From an uncultured Pseudomonadota bacterium (GTDB taxonomy: Bacteria; Pseudomonadota; Alphaproteobacteria; JACZXZ01), in assembly GCA_963749075.1 (NCBI GenBank), contig CAVVLJ010000004.1:256001-320000 (forward strand): DNA of 64,000 nt, read 5' to 3'. The notes beneath the pieces were generated by a model that made no database searches, was not told where the DNA came from, and saw only the letters and a program-made list of their open reading frames with translations. How positions within the stretch are numbered: the first letter of the stretch is position 1; each line of letters opens with the position of its first letter. The translations under genes were made by a program, and so were the position numbers. Shown here piece after piece: positions 61,518 to 64,000 of the stretch.

Positions 61518-62234
61518 TCAGAACTTCTCCACCCACGGTCTCAAGTCGAGCTCGAGCGTCCAGGCGCTCCTCGGCTGGCGGTGGAGCTGGTAATAGGCCT
61601 CGGCGATGGCGTCGGGCTCGAGCACGGCGTCCGCCCCGCGGTCCTCGCGGCGATAGCCGGGCCGCTCGCCGGCGATCTGCCCGTCGATGATCGCGTGCGC
61701 CACGTGGATGCCCTTGGGCTGGAGCTCGCGCGCGAGGCTTTGGGAAAGCGCGCGCAGGCCGAACTTGCCGACCGCGAAATTGTGGAAGAGGGCGCCGCCG
61801 CGCAAAGAGGCCGTGGCGCCCGTGAAGAGGAGCGTGCCGCCGGCCCCGCCGGCTGCAGCGCGCGGCAGCATCAGCCTGGCCGCGGCCCGCCCGACGAGGA
61901 AGCCGCCGAGACAGCTCACGCGCCAGGAGCGCTCGAAGTCCTCGAGCGTGGTCTCGAGGATGCCCTTGCGCACGAAGGAGCTCGCATTGTAGACGACGAC
62001 GTGGGGCATGCCGAGCTCCCCTGCCACCTTGTCGAAGAGGCCGTCGACCTCGCGCTCGCTCGTGGCGTCGCACGCATAGGCTACGCCGCCGATCTCCTTG
62101 CCGAGCGGCTCGAGCCTCTCGCGCTGGCGCGCCGCCACAGCTACCCGCATGCCCGCCTTGGCGAAGCGCCGCGCGAGTGCCGCCCCCAATCCCGGCCCCA
62201 CGCCGACGACGACCGCGACCTCCTGCTCAGCCAT
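61518..62234 (-). CDS. SDR family oxidoreductase
   Basis: GVGPGLG, YNA, FTGATASLRG, GKFGLRAL.QS.ARE, IHVAH..IDG. Confidence 0.9.
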   Translation of the reverse strand: MAEQEVAVVVGVGPGLGAALARRFAKAGMRVAVAARQRERLEPLGKEIGGVAYACDATSEREVDGLFDKVAGELGMPHVVVYNASSFVRKGILETTLEDFERSWRVSCLGGFLVGRAAARLMLPRAAAGGAGGTLLFTGATASLRGGALFHNFAVGKFGLRALSQSLARELQPKGIHVAHAIIDGQIAGERPGYRREDRGADAVLEPDAIAEAYYQLHRQPRSAWTLELDLRPWVEKF

Positions 62235-62264
62235 GGCAACGGCTCCCTCGATGAATGTCCGCTT

Positions 62265-62789
62265 CTACTTCGACACGAGATCCGCCACGACCGCCATGGG
62301 AATGATCATGCGCATCGTGTCCGTCAGGCGCAAAAAGCCGTGCGCCTCGTAGAAGCGCCGAGCATTCTCGTCGACCGCGTCGACCACGATCATGGACGAG
62401 CCGACGAGCGCCGAATTCTCATACGCCATGCGCATGGCGCGCGCGAGCAGCACGCCGCCGATGCCCTGCCCATGACGCTCCTTGGCGACGGCGAAGCGTC
62501 CGATCAAGGTGGCGCTGACGAGGGGATAACGGGGAATATGCCGGCGCGCCGCCTCGGGCACGGCACCTTGCGCCAAGGCGAAGGCACAAAGCGTAAAATA
62601 GCCTAGAATTTTCTCGGGGGCACCCGGCTCGATTAAGACGAAGACCGCATTGGCCTTGCGACGGATGTCCTGCGAAGCCTGGGACTTGAGATATCGATCG
62701 AGGCTTTCGACGCCGCAGGAAAATCCGCCCCGGTCGTGCTGCCTGCCGAGCGGCTCGACGCGGTAGGCAAAGCCGCCTGCTCGCCGCAT
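62265..62789 (-). CDS. GNAT acetyltransferase toxin (TacT/AtaT-like)
   Basis: HDR..FSCG..LD.YL, IGRFAV...HGQGIG, VDA, A..FY...GF. Confidence 0.9.
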   Translation of the reverse strand: MRRAGGFAYRVEPLGRQHDRGGFSCGVESLDRYLKSQASQDIRRKANAVFVLIEPGAPEKILGYFTLCAFALAQGAVPEAARRHIPRYPLVSATLIGRFAVAKERHGQGIGGVLLARAMRMAYENSALVGSSMIVVDAVDENARRFYEAHGFLRLTDTMRMIIPMAVVADLVSK

Positions 62790-63100
62790 CACGGTGCGAC
62801 ACGCTCGCGCTCGCTCTTGAAGGCGCGCTTGAGGCGCCGGTTCGGTTTCGGCGGACGCACGAGAGCCGCGAAGAACGCCCGGCGATCGCGCTCCGAAAGC
62901 ACCAGCGTGTCGTGGCGCGCGATCGTCTCCCGCGCCGCCGCGGCCAGCGCCGTCAGGCAATAGTCGGTGAGCTTGCGCCGCTCGACCGCCGCCGCGCGTT
63001 CCACCAGCCGCTTGGTGTCATGGTCCACGCGGAAGCCTAGCCGCTCGCCGCGCGCGCGGTGCTCCTCGCTGCGTGGAGCCTTCCGGCTACTTGGGGGCAT
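62789..63100 (-). CDS. DUF1778 RHH antitoxin (TacA/AtaR-like)
   Basis: RLGFRV...K.LVERAA, LSERD...F..AL..PP.PN..L; TGATG coupling to the toxin. Confidence 0.9.
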   Translation of the reverse strand: MPPSSRKAPRSEEHRARGERLGFRVDHDTKRLVERAAAVERRKLTDYCLTALAAAARETIARHDTLVLSERDRRAFFAALVRPPKPNRRLKRAFKSERERVAP

Positions 63101-63410
63101 GGCTTGATCTCCAGCGCGGTTGGAATCGCGCCGTTATGTACGTCCAATGGAATAACAAGTCAATACGGCGTCGGGTCGTCTCTCGCGCCTCGCTCCCCGA
63201 CCTTCCGTGCGGCGGGAGTCCGCTGCAAGGGACACAAGGCAGGATTAGTGCAGCGGGCGGCCGACGGTTCGTAAACCTCTCCCAAGCGCGTTTGGATTGA
63301 CCGGGCATGCCTCGGCGATCTAAAGTGGATAAAGGTCTATCGTAGGGGTATTTAGGGGAATCGCGATTGACCACAATCCAATTCACGCCGGGATAGCGGG
63401 AGGAAATCGG

Positions 63411-63797
63411 ATGCGTCTAATCGCTTTATTGATATCATTCGTCGTGCTCGTTGGACAGCCCCTAACGGGCCATGCCCAACAACTTTCCGCTGTCGGTGAT
63501 ATCCTCGACCACGGCGGTAAGAAGCTGACGAAGGAAGAACTCCAAAGAGTGTACTCTGGTGCCATCATTTCCGGGGTTTCGGCAGGTAAACCTAAAGTTA
63601 CGTTTAAAAACAACTATATGATAGATGGAACAGTGACAGGTGACTCATGGAATAACGGCAAACATTATTCGGTTACAGGCATTTGGTTTATGAACGACAG
63701 TGGTCAAGTTTGCAATACCCTGAATGGGGGAACCGTAAAGGTCTTGCATTTATTATTTCAGTCTCAACAATCGATTCTATGCAGCCCTAACGGATGA
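63411..63797 (+). CDS. Exported hypothetical protein at the start of a low-GC segment (likely frameshifted, true end 63837)
   Basis: GGGAGG SD, signal peptide, KLTKEEL, G.W....G.VC. Confidence 0.65.
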   Translation: MRLIALLISFVVLVGQPLTGHAQQLSAVGDILDHGGKKLTKEELQRVYSGAIISGVSAGKPKVTFKNNYMIDGTVTGDSWNNGKHYSVTGIWFMNDSGQVCNTLNGGTVKVLHLLFQSQQSILCSPNG

Positions 63798-64000
63798 CCG
63801 CTCGGCTTTGATTTACGAGCGCCAGATCATGCATTAAAATCGGGCACACTTGATTGCGCGCCACATCTTGTGCTTTTAGGTCTGAGTCGGATAAGCATTG
63901 CTGCACCTATCTTTCTTGCGACAGTCTTCGTGAATTGGCTGAAGATTACGCATTTATCTTATCTATCTGACGCGGTGCTCGAGGAATACGCGGAAGAGGC

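Overview
High-GC chromosomal window. Gene content (phasin with PhaR boxes, gapR, ilvE-MarR-ompR-envZ, alpha-type palindromic repeats) points to an alphaproteobacterium, probably Rhodospirillales-like. Most of it is core or metabolic: proC, csaA, ilvE, moaE-moaD-moeA-mobB-pgsA-uvrC, folB, uvrB, aspartate aminotransferase, panE, an EF-G paralogue, hyi-glxR-ttuD-pyk and an ftsH paralogue. It also carries a furan-catabolic hmfABCDEFT cluster, a ModE-controlled molybdate locus, sorAB and a MesD-like methionine synthase. Main oddities: (1) a lower-GC two-gene cassette (DUF1156-type methyltransferase plus PD-(D/E)xK nuclease) bounded by 21/22-bp inverted repeats, one of which carries the putative -10 box; (2) a non-coding DnaA-box trio upstream of uvrC with the geometry of the E. 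coli DARS1 core, near IHF-like and Fis/NtrC-like sites; (3) a palindromic repeat inserted in frame inside uvrC; (4) an orphan BufA1/DUF2282-like precursor after ftsH and a cytochrome c; (5) decayed toxin-antitoxin loci and three apparent +1 frameshifts. No rRNA, tRNA, CRISPR array, transposase or integrase was recognised. All family calls come from motif recognition by eye and from memory, not from database searches.
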